DNA of 64,000 nt from Calditrichia bacterium (GTDB lineage: Bacteria > Calditrichota > Calditrichia > JAJRVZ01), in assembly GCA_963796965.1 (NCBI GenBank), contig CAWCNS010000007.1, positions 96,001 through 160,000 on the forward strand, read 5' to 3'. The position numbers and the translations under genes were made by a program. Below the pieces are notes generated by a model that had not been told where the DNA came from, did no database searches, and saw only the letters and a list, made by a program, of their open reading frames with translations. Below are positions 10,310 to 21,678 of the stretch, one piece after another; the first letter of the stretch is position 1; each line of letters begins with the position of its first letter.

Positions 10310-12044
10310 ATGACTGAGAATAAACAATCACATAGAGTATTAAAAAATCTAATTGCTCTGCTCCTGTATTGCCTCTTGACGCTATCATCTCTGGCCCAAA
10401 CACCGGCTTTTCCGGGAGCAGAAGGATTTGCTGCTTATACAACCGGAGGGCGTGGTGGCGATGTTTATCATGTAACTACCCTCACCGATTCCGGGGAGGG
10501 ATCCTTGCGATTATGGTATAGAGTCGGCTGTTGGACCCAGAACAATCGTTTTCGATACATCAGGAACAATCATTTTAAAATCGATTCTTTGGATAAAAAA
10601 ACCAAATATTACTATAGCCGGACAATCAGCCCCCGGAGAGGGGATTTGTATCCGCGATTATAGTGTCAATATCAAAAAGACCCATGATATTATTATCCGT
10701 TATGTTCGGATCCGTTTGGGCGATATTCAAACTTTGGCCAATGGTGATCCGACAAGTTCAACTGGCCTTGATGTGGTTTCCATCGATGATTCCAAAAATA
10801 TAATTTTTGATCATGTTTCCCTTTCCTGGAGTTGTGATGAGGTGTTTGGGATCGTGCAGAACGAGAATGTGACAATCCAGTGGTGCATAATTTCAGAACC
10901 TCTGGGGGATCCCTTGCTGCATCCTTATGGAACCAGTCACGCCTATGGATTAAATAACAGTGCGAATACCTTAAGTGTTCATCACTGCCTGGTATCAAAT
11001 TATGTAATGCGTGGTCCCGAGTTTGAACCCAATGATGCGGTTTCTGATCAGGGCTATCCTGTTTATATGGAATCTGTAAATAATGTGCTCTATGACTATA
11101 AAAAATCAGGCTCACGTTATAAAACAGGTATTGAAGATTATCCTGAGCAGGCGGTGGGGATTGACTTCCGCTTTCATTTCCTAAATAATTATTATCTGCG
11201 GAAACCCGGTTCGAGTGCTCCTGAAATTCATGCCGTTATCAAGCATGGGGTTACCGATCAGTTAAAAGTGCATGTTGATGGAAACATCGGACCGAACAGG
11301 AGCAATGACACCCTTAATCCATGGCTTTCGGTTTATGTTGAAAACGGACCGAATATTTTGCAGGCCCCTGACAGCATCAAATCACAGATGTCCGATCTGC
11401 CCCTATTTTCTTCTCCGGTTCCTGTGACCATGCAGAGTGCAGAAGAAGCCTATACCTCGGTAATACAATCTTCCGGCTGTAGCCTCTGGCGTGATAGTGT
11501 TGATACGCGGATTGTGGATGATGTCCTCAACCGGAAATTCAATGATTATCTTCATTCTCAGGAAGAAGTGGGTGGCTGGCCAATCATAAAATCTGCCTCA
11601 GCGTCTCCGGATACGGACCGCGATGGTATGCCCGATTGGTGGGAAGATGATCAGGGACTCAATAAAAATAATCCTGATGATAGAAATGATATTCGTGATC
11701 CTGATGGATACACAAATCTGGAAAACTATCTTAATGGTAATCATCTGATATCAGGTATGGGTGGGGTTGTCCAGCCGGAGTCCTATGATCTTGACTTGCG
11801 TAATTTTCCCAATCCTTTCAACGCGGATACGCAGGTTCTATATCATATTCCTTACAAGACAACTGTTCTGATTAGCTTATATAATATGACTGGCCAACAT
11901 TTGATGGATTTGGTTAATCAGGTACAGCAGGCGGGTTCCCACCAGGTGGCGCTATCCGGCTCTCACCTGGCCAGCGGCACCTATATTATCAAGATGACAA
12001 CAAAAGATCAGAGCATATCCAGAAAAATATCTATTCTGAAGTAG
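10310..12044 (+). CDS. Pectate lyase (PL1-like) with C-terminal secretion/sorting domain; frameshift near 10511
   Basis: [22 protein letters not shown]. After removing one base the frame reads [35 protein letters not shown] into ORF 10716-12044, which has [34 protein letters not shown] and NFPNPFN. Confidence 0.85.
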
Positions 12045-12188
12045 TCGTACGAAAAATACCCGGCAAAGTAATTTTGAATTTGTGATATTGATCTCATCTT
12101 CCAATCCTCGGGATATTTAAATTATACCAACATAATTTATTCCCTTAAATCTATAGAAGATATTCTTCTGAGTTGTTAGAAGGATTCG

Positions 12189-13721
12189 ATGACAAAAATG
12201 AAGAAACATAATCGTTTTCTTTATTTGATCCTTACATCAAGTATCATATTGCTCAATTCCTGTGAAAAACTTGAAGCACCCCAACAATTTGTGGAAGATA
12301 TTCAACTTATTTTCCCCAAAAATAACCTAACCAATGCTGATACCAGCCTTTGGCTGCATTGGAAGGGTGATAATTCCAAACTCTACAATGTCTATTTAGA
12401 TACGATCAATCCTCCTTCCCAAGAGGCAAAGGTGAGTCTTGTAGCAGATTCCACCTACCTGATAGAATTATCATATTCAACGACATATTACTGGCAGGTT
12501 AAATCATTTTATGGAACTGTCAACTCAGGCAAAAGTGATGTGTGGTCCTTCACAACATCTCCTTCACAGGAGAATTTACCCATACCTCATACGCCATCAC
12601 CAAAAAATGGTGAGATAATACATGAATATGGGCAGATCCTTGAATGGAAGTTTGACGAAGAAGTGAGGTATGATGTATATTTTGATACGCAATATCCACC
12701 TTTAAATTTAATTGGAGAAAATATTGGGGATAAATGGAGGCACCTGAATGGTCTTCGGCAAAATACTACCTATTATTGGCAGGTGGTTGTCAAATTTCCG
12801 GATGGAAGACAAAAGGCATCAGATGTCTGGAGTTTTACAAATAGTGAATATGAGCCGCCTGTTGCACTGTATGGTATGTATCCCGCTAATAATGCTGTAG
12901 AGCAGCCATTAGATTTAACAGTTAGTTGGCGATGTTCGGTTAGAACTGAGAATGGTCAGCGAACAAGGCATACTTTGTATATTGGGAATAGTAATCCACC
13001 GGATCAGGAGTTACAATCTGTCCAATCAGGAGATAAAGATCTTAATTATATTACTCTTTTAGACTTGGATCTGAACCAAAAATATTATTGGAGGATCATT
13101 ACCAGGTATCCTAATGGCGAAATTTATGAGGGTCCTGTTTTCAGTTTCACCACAATAAATTCTCCAGAAGATGTTTTTATAAAAATGCCGGATGCCATGG
13201 TACGTGTAAAACAGGTGTACCAATACTATGAGGATTTATGGAGTAAAACGGTAATCGATACGCTTAATGAATTGGTTGCGTATCAGATTAATCCCTCGGA
13301 ATTGGATCCTACTCAAAAAAACTTTTCTCTCCATAACGATACATTATATTTTAGTGTAGAAAAAGATAAGGAGGCAGCTACAGGATGGTTGTTGTTACAT
13401 CAGCAGAGTAAAACGTTAGATATGGGCTATCACTATGATCACTCTATCAATTCGAGTGGAATGGATTACTTCTACACGCTAAATAAAAGGTTCTCTCTCT
13501 TATTTGAGAATTTACCCTATAATGAAATATCGGACGATGTATTCGAAGTTGAGATCGGATACGATGAACTACCCAATTATCTTAAGGAGTATGATTATAA
13601 TTACTACTCTTACAGTCGATCCGGATATCAATCTGCAACGACCCGCAAAACAGATCTTGATCTGATAGAGTTTCAAAACAGATATCTCAAATTAGTCGTC
13701 AACAAAACTGCATTCAACTAG
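12189..13721 (+). CDS. Lipoprotein with three fibronectin type III-like repeats
   Basis: Lipobox LNSC. Three repeats of YxVY..TYYW(Q/R)V..S(D/P)V(W/F)SFT. Confidence 0.7.
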   Translation: MTKMKKHNRFLYLILTSSIILLNSCEKLEAPQQFVEDIQLIFPKNNLTNADTSLWLHWKGDNSKLYNVYLDTINPPSQEAKVSLVADSTYLIELSYSTTYYWQVKSFYGTVNSGKSDVWSFTTSPSQENLPIPHTPSPKNGEIIHEYGQILEWKFDEEVRYDVYFDTQYPPLNLIGENIGDKWRHLNGLRQNTTYYWQVVVKFPDGRQKASDVWSFTNSEYEPPVALYGMYPANNAVEQPLDLTVSWRCSVRTENGQRTRHTLYIGNSNPPDQELQSVQSGDKDLNYITLLDLDLNQKYYWRIITRYPNGEIYEGPVFSFTTINSPEDVFIKMPDAMVRVKQVYQYYEDLWSKTVIDTLNELVAYQINPSELDPTQKNFSLHNDTLYFSVEKDKEAATGWLLLHQQSKTLDMGYHYDHSINSSGMDYFYTLNKRFSLLFENLPYNEISDDVFEVEIGYDELPNYLKEYDYNYYSYSRSGYQSATTRKTDLDLIEFQNRYLKLVVNKTAFN

Positions 13722-14049
13722 ACTATGCTTACCATACGTCGATGAATCTATCAAATGCAGGGTTGCTCTGGTCAAGATTGCATAGATTTATTCATAAGTA
13801 TTTTATTTAATATTATACCACATACTATCATCCATACTTAAATAATGCTTCTTGGATTTAAACAGCACCTGTCAATGATAAATCTAGGGTTGTAATTACT
13901 CTATCATTTCAGCAAATTAAACCATTCGAACTTAAAGCTTACTAAAATTAATATAATCCCATTAATCTCTTATGGTTGTAAAAGAGCATCCTATTTACTT
14001 TGCATCCTTGTGTTATAATATTAAATACTATTAACAGGACAATCACTCT

Positions 14050-16400
14050 ATGAAAAAAGTATTAAAATGGCTGTTTTACTTAGTTGGGATACCCTTAATA
14101 GTTATCGGTCTTATTATATTCACCCTTTGGTTTAAGTATTATCTGGTGGTAAGTGTAGAACCTGGTCAACTGGAGGTTTCTGCAAAACCGGGAGAACTGG
14201 GACAATGGGTAAATCCCTTTATTGGAACGGGAGGGATTCCCTGGGTTTGTGCCCATAATTTTCCAGGGGCGACGATGCCGTTCGGGATGGTGCGTTTGAG
14301 CCCTGAGACCGTCTCAATGATTACTGATGAAAAAGCCCTGAATACCTCAGGATATTATTATCCCGATGGCCGGATGACGGGATTCAGTCATACCCGTTTG
14401 GCCGGAACAGGGGCCACCGACGGAGGGCATTTTCTTGTGACACCGGTTAATGATGATATTGAGGATGGTGACGAATATGAGGAGGAATTTCTGTCATACT
14501 CGCATTCGGATGAAGTTGCATTCCCGGGATATTACGCCGTTCATCTCCCGGGGCCTGATGTTCTGGTTGAACTAACAGCTACGGAAAGGGTGGGAATCCA
14601 TCGTTATACGTTCACAGAACCTGAAAATCCTACTATCCTGATAAATATCACCAATGCGCTGGGAGGTAAAAGAAGCGATAAGGGTGTTGTCCGTCTTGAT
14701 CCGAAGAGACAAGAATTAGAAGGTAGTGTGCGTACTTTTGGCTCATTTGGGGGACGCTATGGTGGGGCAAATGTATATTTTGCAGCGCGGTTTGATCAAC
14801 CATTGCAGGGATATGGCACCTGGAATGGGGGGCGGTTTAAATCAAATGCCCGGCAAACACGTGGGGATGAGGTGGGCGCTTATCTGACATTTGCAGGTTC
14901 GAAGGAGTCTAGAGTTGTTCAGTTATACCTGGCTATCTCCTATGTCAGTATTGAAAATGCTCGGAAAAATCTTGAGATTGAAACAGCTAATGCCGGTTTT
15001 GAGGAAGCCCTTGAGCTGGCGAAATCAGCCTGGGAAGAAAAACTATCACTTGTCACTATTGAAGAGGCCAATAAAAATTTGAAAACGATATATTATTCTG
15101 CTCTGTATCATGTTTTCCAGATGCCGACTATTTTTACCGATGTAAATGAGGAATATATTGGATTTGATAATCAAAAACATCAGGCGGAAGGTTTCCAGTA
15201 CTATACAGATCTTTCCATATGGGATACCTTTAGAAATGTCCATCCGCTGTTTGTGTTACTCGATCCGGCTGCCCAGAGAGATATGCTGGTATCCCTGGTG
15301 GAAATGAGTAAACAGGGGGGGGATGGCTGCCGCGCTGGCCTTCCGGAAATGGCTATACCAACTCCATGCTGGGAACGCCTGCGGATATGGTCGTAGCCGG
15401 CTCTTATCTGAAAGGTATTCATGATTTTGATGTAGAGACAGCTTACCAATCCATGCGCAGGACGGCCCTGGAGCCAACAAAAAGAGGCGATCCCTATTCC
15501 GGAAGGGAAGGAGTTGAACATTATATAAAATATCACTATTGTCCGGCAGAATTGATGACAGAGGCCGTCTCCCGGACGTTGGAATTTGCCTATGCTGATT
15601 ATTCAATCTCCTTATTAGCGGATGCTTTGGGACATGTTGAAGATGCCGAAATGTTTCTTAAACATTCAAAATTTTATAAGAATGTATGGAATCCTGAGAC
15701 CCAATACTTTCATCCACGTGATACGTTAGGAAACTTTGTCGATAAATTTGATCCGCTAATGCTCACCTATCTCTACGGGAGTGAAGAGTATACGAACGAT
15801 TATGTAGAAGGGAGCGCCTTGCAATGGCGTTGGGCGGTTCCTTTTGATCCGCAAGGGTTGATTTCTCTGTTTAAAAGCCGTGAATATTTTATCAGTGAAT
15901 TAAATGATTTTTTCGCACTATCTGTTCCGGGCCGAGGGGAGTGGAATCCGGGTTCTTATTACTGGCATGGTAATGAACCGGATATCTATGCTCCCTACCT
16001 GTTTAATGATGCCGGGCGTCCCGATCTTACACAGAAATGGGTTAGGTGGATTTTAGAAAATAAATATGCCAATAGTTATGATGGTTTAGATGGGAATGAT
16101 GATGCCGGAACCTTATCGGCCTGGTATGTTTTTAGCGCTTTGGGCTTTTATCCTGTGGCAGGTACCGATATTTATCAGGTTGGCTCACCTCTTTTTAAAA
16201 CGGCTTCAATACGTTTAGGAGAAAATTCACTAAAAATTGTAGCAGAGAATTATGCTCCGGATAATATATATGTGAAGAAATTCTGGTTGAATGATTCTTT
16301 GCTGGATCGCCGCTGGTTTAAACATAGGGAAATCGCTAAAGGTGGTAATCTGAAATTTGAAATGACATCTCAACCGTTGGAATTAAATATGAAAGATTAA
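14050..16400 (+). CDS. GH92 alpha-mannosidase-family protein; frameshift at G8 run 15315-15322
   Basis: VNPFIGT, PGATMPFGMVRLSP, GFSHT, SIWDTFR, VSRTLEFAYAD, YWHGNEP, GNDDAGTLSAWYVFSALGFYPV. Confidence 0.9.
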
Positions 16401-16420
16401 TAAATTATTCAAAAAAAAGA

Positions 16421-16520
16421 TAACCACAAAGTACACAAAGAAAGCTCAAAGATCGCAAGGTTTTTATTAAGAAATTTATCTTTGTGTACTTGGTGCATTC
16501 TTTGAGAACTTTGTGTTTAA
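16421..16520. repeat. Intergenic inverted-repeat element, family A
   Basis: TAACCACAAAGTACACAAAGAAAGCTCAAAG ... CTTTGTGTACTTGGTGCATTCTTTGAGAACTTTGTGTTTA. Confidence 0.85.
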
Positions 16521-16536
16521 AAAAAAGAGAGGAACT

Positions 16537-17739
16537 ATGACTTTAAAAAAACGAATCTGGATTATCGTATCGGTTATTATCATGATTGCTGTACCTTCAA
16601 TTTATGCGCAATCGTGGGATTGTGAAATTCTGCCTTCGGAACATAAATTTGAACAAGATGCAAAAAGCGGAGCAGAACTCATTTATATTACGACGAGTAA
16701 GGCCAAAGATAGTAATTTGTATTTTCATGATAGATGCTGGTTGTTAGATGGTAAGATGATGCTATTTTATTCAGACAGAAGTGGAAGGAATGAACTTTAT
16801 GGCTATATCGCCGAGATGGGAAACTTGTAGGATTAACAGAAAAGAAGATGCAGCGGCGCATTCGGCAGTGGCATCCATAGAAGGGGATAAGGTGTATGTG
16901 GTTCGGGAAAACGGAATATATGAATGGCGAATCGATTATACCCGCGGCGAATGATCCGAAGGTATCTGTAACTGAAAGAAAAATTGGAGCCTACCCTGAA
17001 AACTCGAATCAGCTTTTCCGGATTAAGTGAAAACAGCGATGCAACTTTGGTTTGTTTTGGCTATGATATTGGTGAACACCATTATCTTGCCGTTGCGGAT
17101 ATAAAAACAGGAGAAACAAGGGTCGTGGCTGAGCCGGTTATTCCTCCGGGACATTTGCAATTTAGCTGGAATCGTCCGGATGTATTGTCATTTAACGGCA
17201 GATACGGCAGTGATACAGCGCCATTAGATCCAAATGAGCCAGCTCATTCCCGGATATGGTATGTAAATATAAATATTGGTATCCCTTTGCCTGCATTTTA
17301 CCAAAAACCAGGTGAATTGGCTACCCATGAATGCTGGTGGGTCAATGATCAGATGACGTTTATCGGCGGTCACCGGCCAGAGGAGGCCCATGTAAAAGTT
17401 ATTGATCTAAAGACAGGGGATATTCGCGTTATTGGTGCCGGTGCCTGGTGGGAAGGTGGAAATGAGAAAGAAGTCTCAAAAGTGAATTGGTGGCATTCTG
17501 CCGGCAGTCCTGATGGAAAATGGGTTGTAGCGGATAACTGGCATGGTGTTATCGCTCTGTTTAATGCTAAAACCACTGAAATGCATATTCTGACAGATGA
17601 ACATCGTACCTATGGTGGTGGGGCCCATCCTCATGTGGGATGGGATTTATATGGGAAGAGTGTTGAATTTACGACCAATAAATTTGGAAATCCTGATGTG
17701 GTTATTGCTCAGATTCCGGAAGAGTGGTTTAAAAGATAA
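16537..17739 (+). CDS. Oligogalacturonate lyase (PL22)-like beta-propeller; split by frameshifts between about 16820 and 16990
   Basis: Signal peptide, NLYFHDRCW, GHLQFS, THECW, WHSAGSPDGKWVVAD and HPHVGW resemble Ogl/PL22 His-rich motifs. Confidence 0.65.
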
Positions 17740-17903
17740 ACACAAAGAACACGAAGAAGACACAGAGAACACAGAGAATAAATACTTTTATTTATTTAAT
17801 CTCAATTATTAAAAGGTTATAGACTTTGAAAGTAAAATAGGTAATTTGCAAGACCTAAAACCATAAAGTTTCTTCTCTGCGGTCGCTGCGGCGCTGCGTG
17901 AGA
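17737..17903. repeat. Chimeric inverted-repeat element (family A left arm, family B right arm)
   Basis: TAAACACAAAGAACACGAAGAAGACACAGAGAACACAGAG ... CTCTGCGGTCGCTGCGGCGCTGCGTGAGA. Confidence 0.8.
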
Positions 17904-17918
17904 AAAAAGGTGAAAATC

Positions 17919-19223
17919 ATGAAAAAATTAATTTTATTTTTTTTATGTTCCATATTGATTTTTCCGGTTTTAGGACAAAGTTCTGAACCTGTGGAAATCA
18001 AGGCGAATGTAGCGAAGGTAAAACTAACACCACCGCTTGAGATGAAATTTGCCCTTGGAGGTTATGGGGCACGGATGGCTAAGCCGGCAGAAGGGATCCA
18101 TGATGACATCTGGGTTAAAGCCCTGGTGGTGCGTGATGGTGAAAAAAAATATGCCCTTGTCACGATGGATATTCTGGCTTTACCTCCAAATGTGAAACCT
18201 GCTGTTATTGAGATATTAGCGAATCAGGGTTGGAAAATGGAAAATATGATGATTTTGCCCAGTCATAGCCATACCAGTCTTGACATGTCAGCATTAAATG
18301 ATAAAAACACACTCAATAACCCCTATATTGGCATTTATCAACCCGAATTGTTGGAATTTGTTATCAAAAAGATCGTTACCGCTGTAAAATCAGCTGATCA
18401 AAACCTGCAGGCTGTTCGTATTGAAACGAAAAGGGAAAGATTTGAAGATTTAAATCGAAATCGTCGAAATGATAATGCGATAGATCGCGATCTGACTGTT
18501 ACAAGAATTGATGGAAATGGTGGTGATCCTTTGGCTGTACTTGTTAACTGGACAGCCCATCCGACAATTATGAGTGATGAGGATATGTTCGTATCTGCCG
18601 GTTGGCCGGGATATATGCAAAGAGAGTTAGAGGCCTGGATAGGAGAGGAAATTGTCTGTATGTACTATAATGGTGCTCAAGGCGATCAATCTGTTATTGG
18701 GGAAAATGGGGGCAGTCATTATGAAAAGGCTGAAAAATACGGAAGAAAAATAGCCCGATATGCGTATGACATCTATAATGCCATAAGTCCATTGGAAAAA
18801 AGTGTGTTTCAGTATAACTCCTATGTGGCAGATCTTCCGGAGCCGAAAATGCATCCGATGTTTAGTGAAACAGGGGGAACTGAATATGGCATGGATGAAA
18901 AAACATCCGAACATATTCTCACATCTTTGTGTCCACGACAAAGTTTAATTAATGCCTTAAGAATTGGGGATTGGATGGTTGTGGGTGCTCCCGGTGAATT
19001 GACGGCTGTTGTCGGTGAAGAAATAAAAAAAGAACTTTATGCCAGGGGGATGAAAATACCTACAATAGGTGGGATGGCCAATGAATGGTTAAGTTATATC
19101 ACCAGTCCTGAGCAATATGAAGCAGGCGGCTATGAAACGAGTGTAAGTTTTTATGGCCCCGATCTCGGCCCGGTCGTGAGCCAAGCAATGATTAAGACAA
19201 GTATGGCGCTAATCAAACAATAA
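17919..19223 (+). CDS. Neutral/alkaline ceramidase-family secreted protein
   Basis: LGGYGAR..GIHDDIWVKAL, SHSHTS, VNWTAHPT, NGAQGD, PGELT, GGYE. Confidence 0.8.
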   Translation: MKKLILFFLCSILIFPVLGQSSEPVEIKANVAKVKLTPPLEMKFALGGYGARMAKPAEGIHDDIWVKALVVRDGEKKYALVTMDILALPPNVKPAVIEILANQGWKMENMMILPSHSHTSLDMSALNDKNTLNNPYIGIYQPELLEFVIKKIVTAVKSADQNLQAVRIETKRERFEDLNRNRRNDNAIDRDLTVTRIDGNGGDPLAVLVNWTAHPTIMSDEDMFVSAGWPGYMQRELEAWIGEEIVCMYYNGAQGDQSVIGENGGSHYEKAEKYGRKIARYAYDIYNAISPLEKSVFQYNSYVADLPEPKMHPMFSETGGTEYGMDEKTSEHILTSLCPRQSLINALRIGDWMVVGAPGELTAVVGEEIKKELYARGMKIPTIGGMANEWLSYITSPEQYEAGGYETSVSFYGPDLGPVVSQAMIKTSMALIKQ

Positions 19224-19224
19224 T

Positions 19225-19350
19225 TAAACACAAAGAGCACAAAGAAGTCTCAAAGATCACAAAAAAATAATAAGAACAAAGAAAAAAACAAAAGAGAAAT
19301 TCCTTATGTCCTCTGTGCCCTTTGTGTCTTCTTTGTGCTCTTTGTGTTTA
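19225..19350. repeat. Intergenic inverted-repeat element, family A, with perfect 23-bp terminal inverted repeat
   Basis: TAAACACAAAGAGCACAAAGAAG ... CTTCTTTGTGCTCTTTGTGTTTA are exact reverse complements. Confidence 0.9.
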
Positions 19351-19375
19351 TCTGTTCAAAAATTAAGAGGAAAAA

Positions 19376-20968
19376 ATGAAAAAAAAGATTAAAAAAGCAT
19401 TATGGATAATCCTGGCAGTTTTTGTTGTCGTCATATTAATATTTGTTAGTATGGGATTGTATCACATGCGCGACCGACATTCTGATTATAGCATTGATCT
19501 TATGCTGCCCGGTAAAGGTGCCATTGTGGACGATGGTCTGCTGAAGATTGGTGTGGCAAAAGTTACCATTACACCGGACGTTGTTGATACCTGGGTGGAT
19601 GCGGATAGCAATGCCCGTTACGAACCAGATAAAGGTGATACCTTTATTGATAACAATGGTAATAAAGTTTTTGATGCCTACTGGTTGGCCGGATTTCAAA
19701 ACCAACGTCCGGCAACTGGCGTACATGATGATATTTGGGCAAGAACGGTTGTATGGGACGATGGTCGCACAAGTGTTGCCCTGGTTGTACTTGATGCAAT
19801 CGGCTTTTTTCATGATGATGTGATCGATGTAAGAAATATGGTAGTTGAGCAAAATCTTGCCGTCGACCATGTTATTGTGGCAACGACACATAACCATGAA
19901 GTGCCTGATCTGATGGGCTTGTGGGGTGGAGCGATGTTCGAGAGCGGGGTCAATGAAGCCTATATGCAATTTATAAAGGAGCAGGCTGTCAAGTCGATCA
20001 AACAGGCTGTGGATAATCGTAAACCATCAATCCTGAAGTTATCAAAGATAGATACTACGGCAGCGGATTTGGTAATGGATTCGCGACCGCCAGTGGTCCT
20101 GGATAATGCTATTCATATTATGCAGTTTTGTGATGCAGAAAACGGTGAGCCTTTTGGTATCTTTCTCAACTGGGGAAATCATCCGGAGACGGCTGGGAGT
20201 AAAAATCTTGAAATAACAGCCGATTTTGCTCATTACTGGTTGCAGGGGATTGAAGAAGGAATTGTCTACGATGAAGAAGTTAAGGTACCGGGTATAGGAG
20301 GTACGGCCATCTTTGCAAATGGAGCCATTGGTGGTTTGATGACTTCATTAAGAAGTGAAATCTATGATCCCTGGTTAAATGCTTCCTTTAAAAAAAGTGG
20401 TTTTGAAAAGGTACGAGCCCAGGGTAACCGTCTGGCAAAATTGGTATTAGATCAAATTAATAATGGGGAATGGGAGACAGTAGAGAATACCTCCATAAAA
20501 TTGCGCGCTAAATCATTCCTTTTTGATTTGGATAATTTTATATTCAAAATTGGGGGTGCGTTAGGTGTCCTTGATCGTGGCTTCGTTGAATTTAATAAAC
20601 TAAGGAGTGAAGTAAATCTTCTGGTAATTGGACCAGCCTGGATAGTAACGCTGCCCGGAGAGATCAATCCTGAACTGGTTAATGGTGGCATTGAGGTGCC
20701 TGAGGGTGCTGATTTTCCGGGAGAACCGGTAGAATTGCCTGTCATTCGTGAAATGATGAAGGGGAAATATAACTTTGTAATTGGGCTCGGTAATGATGAG
20801 GTAGGTTATATTATGCCTAAGACCCACTGGGATGTGGATGAGCCCTATACCTATGGTTTTAAGAAAAGACCCTATGGAGAGATAAATTCACTAGGTCCGG
20901 AATCGGGGCCAATCCTGCACCGTGAAGTAATGGGTATCATCAGAGATATGAATAAAATGAAGGATTGA
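19376..20968 (+). CDS. Neutral ceramidase-like hydrolase, membrane-anchored
   Basis: WLAGF..RPATGVHDDIWAR, THNHEVPD, WGNHPE, LPGEINPE, GLGNDEVGY. Confidence 0.75.
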   Translation: MKKKIKKALWIILAVFVVVILIFVSMGLYHMRDRHSDYSIDLMLPGKGAIVDDGLLKIGVAKVTITPDVVDTWVDADSNARYEPDKGDTFIDNNGNKVFDAYWLAGFQNQRPATGVHDDIWARTVVWDDGRTSVALVVLDAIGFFHDDVIDVRNMVVEQNLAVDHVIVATTHNHEVPDLMGLWGGAMFESGVNEAYMQFIKEQAVKSIKQAVDNRKPSILKLSKIDTTAADLVMDSRPPVVLDNAIHIMQFCDAENGEPFGIFLNWGNHPETAGSKNLEITADFAHYWLQGIEEGIVYDEEVKVPGIGGTAIFANGAIGGLMTSLRSEIYDPWLNASFKKSGFEKVRAQGNRLAKLVLDQINNGEWETVENTSIKLRAKSFLFDLDNFIFKIGGALGVLDRGFVEFNKLRSEVNLLVIGPAWIVTLPGEINPELVNGGIEVPEGADFPGEPVELPVIREMMKGKYNFVIGLGNDEVGYIMPKTHWDVDEPYTYGFKKRPYGEINSLGPESGPILHREVMGIIRDMNKMKD

Positions 20969-20997
20969 TAAAAATTATAAGCGAAATAAAAATCCCT

Positions 20998-21148
20998 GTC
21001 ATTCCGAACTTGTTTCGGAATCTTATATAATTAAAATGAAAAATTATCCTAAAAAGTTATTTGTACAGGGGGATAATTGAGTCATTCTGAATTTATTTCA
21101 GAATCTCTATGTCTAAAAATCAAGATTCCGAAACAAGTTCGGAATGAC
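20998..21148. repeat. Composite REP-like element (three GTCATTC..GAAT palindromes)
   Basis: GTCATTCCGAACTTGTTTCGGAATCT (20998-21023), GTCATTCTGAATTTATTTCAGAATCT (21081-21106), AGATTCCGAAACAAGTTCGGAATGAC (21123-21148). Confidence 0.9.
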
Positions 21149-21216
21149 TCTAAGGAATATTTTTTAGTTTTGTGAACTACTTATAAATATTTTAATATGA
21201 TTTTGGAGATATATAT

Positions 21217-21648
21217 ATGCTTAAACAAAGATTGTCATTTGCGCTGTTTATTTCTGTTTTGACCATCGTATTCTTTCAATATTGTTATCTTAAATGTCAG
21301 GAGAGCGGGGAAGGTCCGCTTATGGTTCTTGAGGAGGAATCTTTTAATTTTGGAGAAGTAGAAGAAGGTGTTGTTCTAACCCATGTTTTTAATTTTAAAA
21401 ATTGTGGTACGGATACCTTGCGGATAAAACGTGTAAGGGGCACCTGAGGCTGCACAGCCTCACTTCTGAGTTCAGAAGTAATCGCACCGGGAGAAGAGGG
21501 AGAGATAAACGTTTCATTCAAAACGAAGAACCGCAAAGGTAAAAATAGTAAAAAAATATATATATATTCCAATGATTCAGAAGTCAGAATTAGGAAAATA
21601 GCGATTTCCGCAGTCATAATGCCAAAGAAAGAATCCGAATCTTCCTAA
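21217..21648 (+). CDS. DUF1573-domain exported protein, probable selenoprotein (UGA at 21445-21447)
   Basis: FNFGEV..HVFNFKNCGTDTLRIKRVRGT-UGA-GCTAS..IAPGEEGEINVSF..IYSND is a complete DUF1573 Ig-like domain once the UGA is read through. The UGA sits at the first Cys of the xCGCT motif. The frame ends at TAA 21646-21648. Confidence 0.75.
21462..21479 (+). promoter_or_regulatory. Candidate bacterial SECIS hairpin
   Basis: ACTTCTG-AGTT-CAGAAGT is a 7-bp perfect stem with a G-containing loop starting 22 nt after the in-frame UGA. Confidence 0.5.
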
Positions 21649-21678
21649 TCTACCCGCCTCTGTTCGGGAGAATAAATT

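Noticed and set aside
15315..15322. G8 run in GH92 (and A7 at 5585-5591) as phase variation or programmed frameshifting
   Set aside because: Similar indels hit many unrelated genes, including at non-homopolymer sites, so consensus error is the simpler explanation.
19436..19969. Long antisense ORFs (also 44311-44865, 46712-47170, 42066-42548, 42649-43149)
   Set aside because: They are shadows of well-supported + strand genes and have no recognisable motifs.
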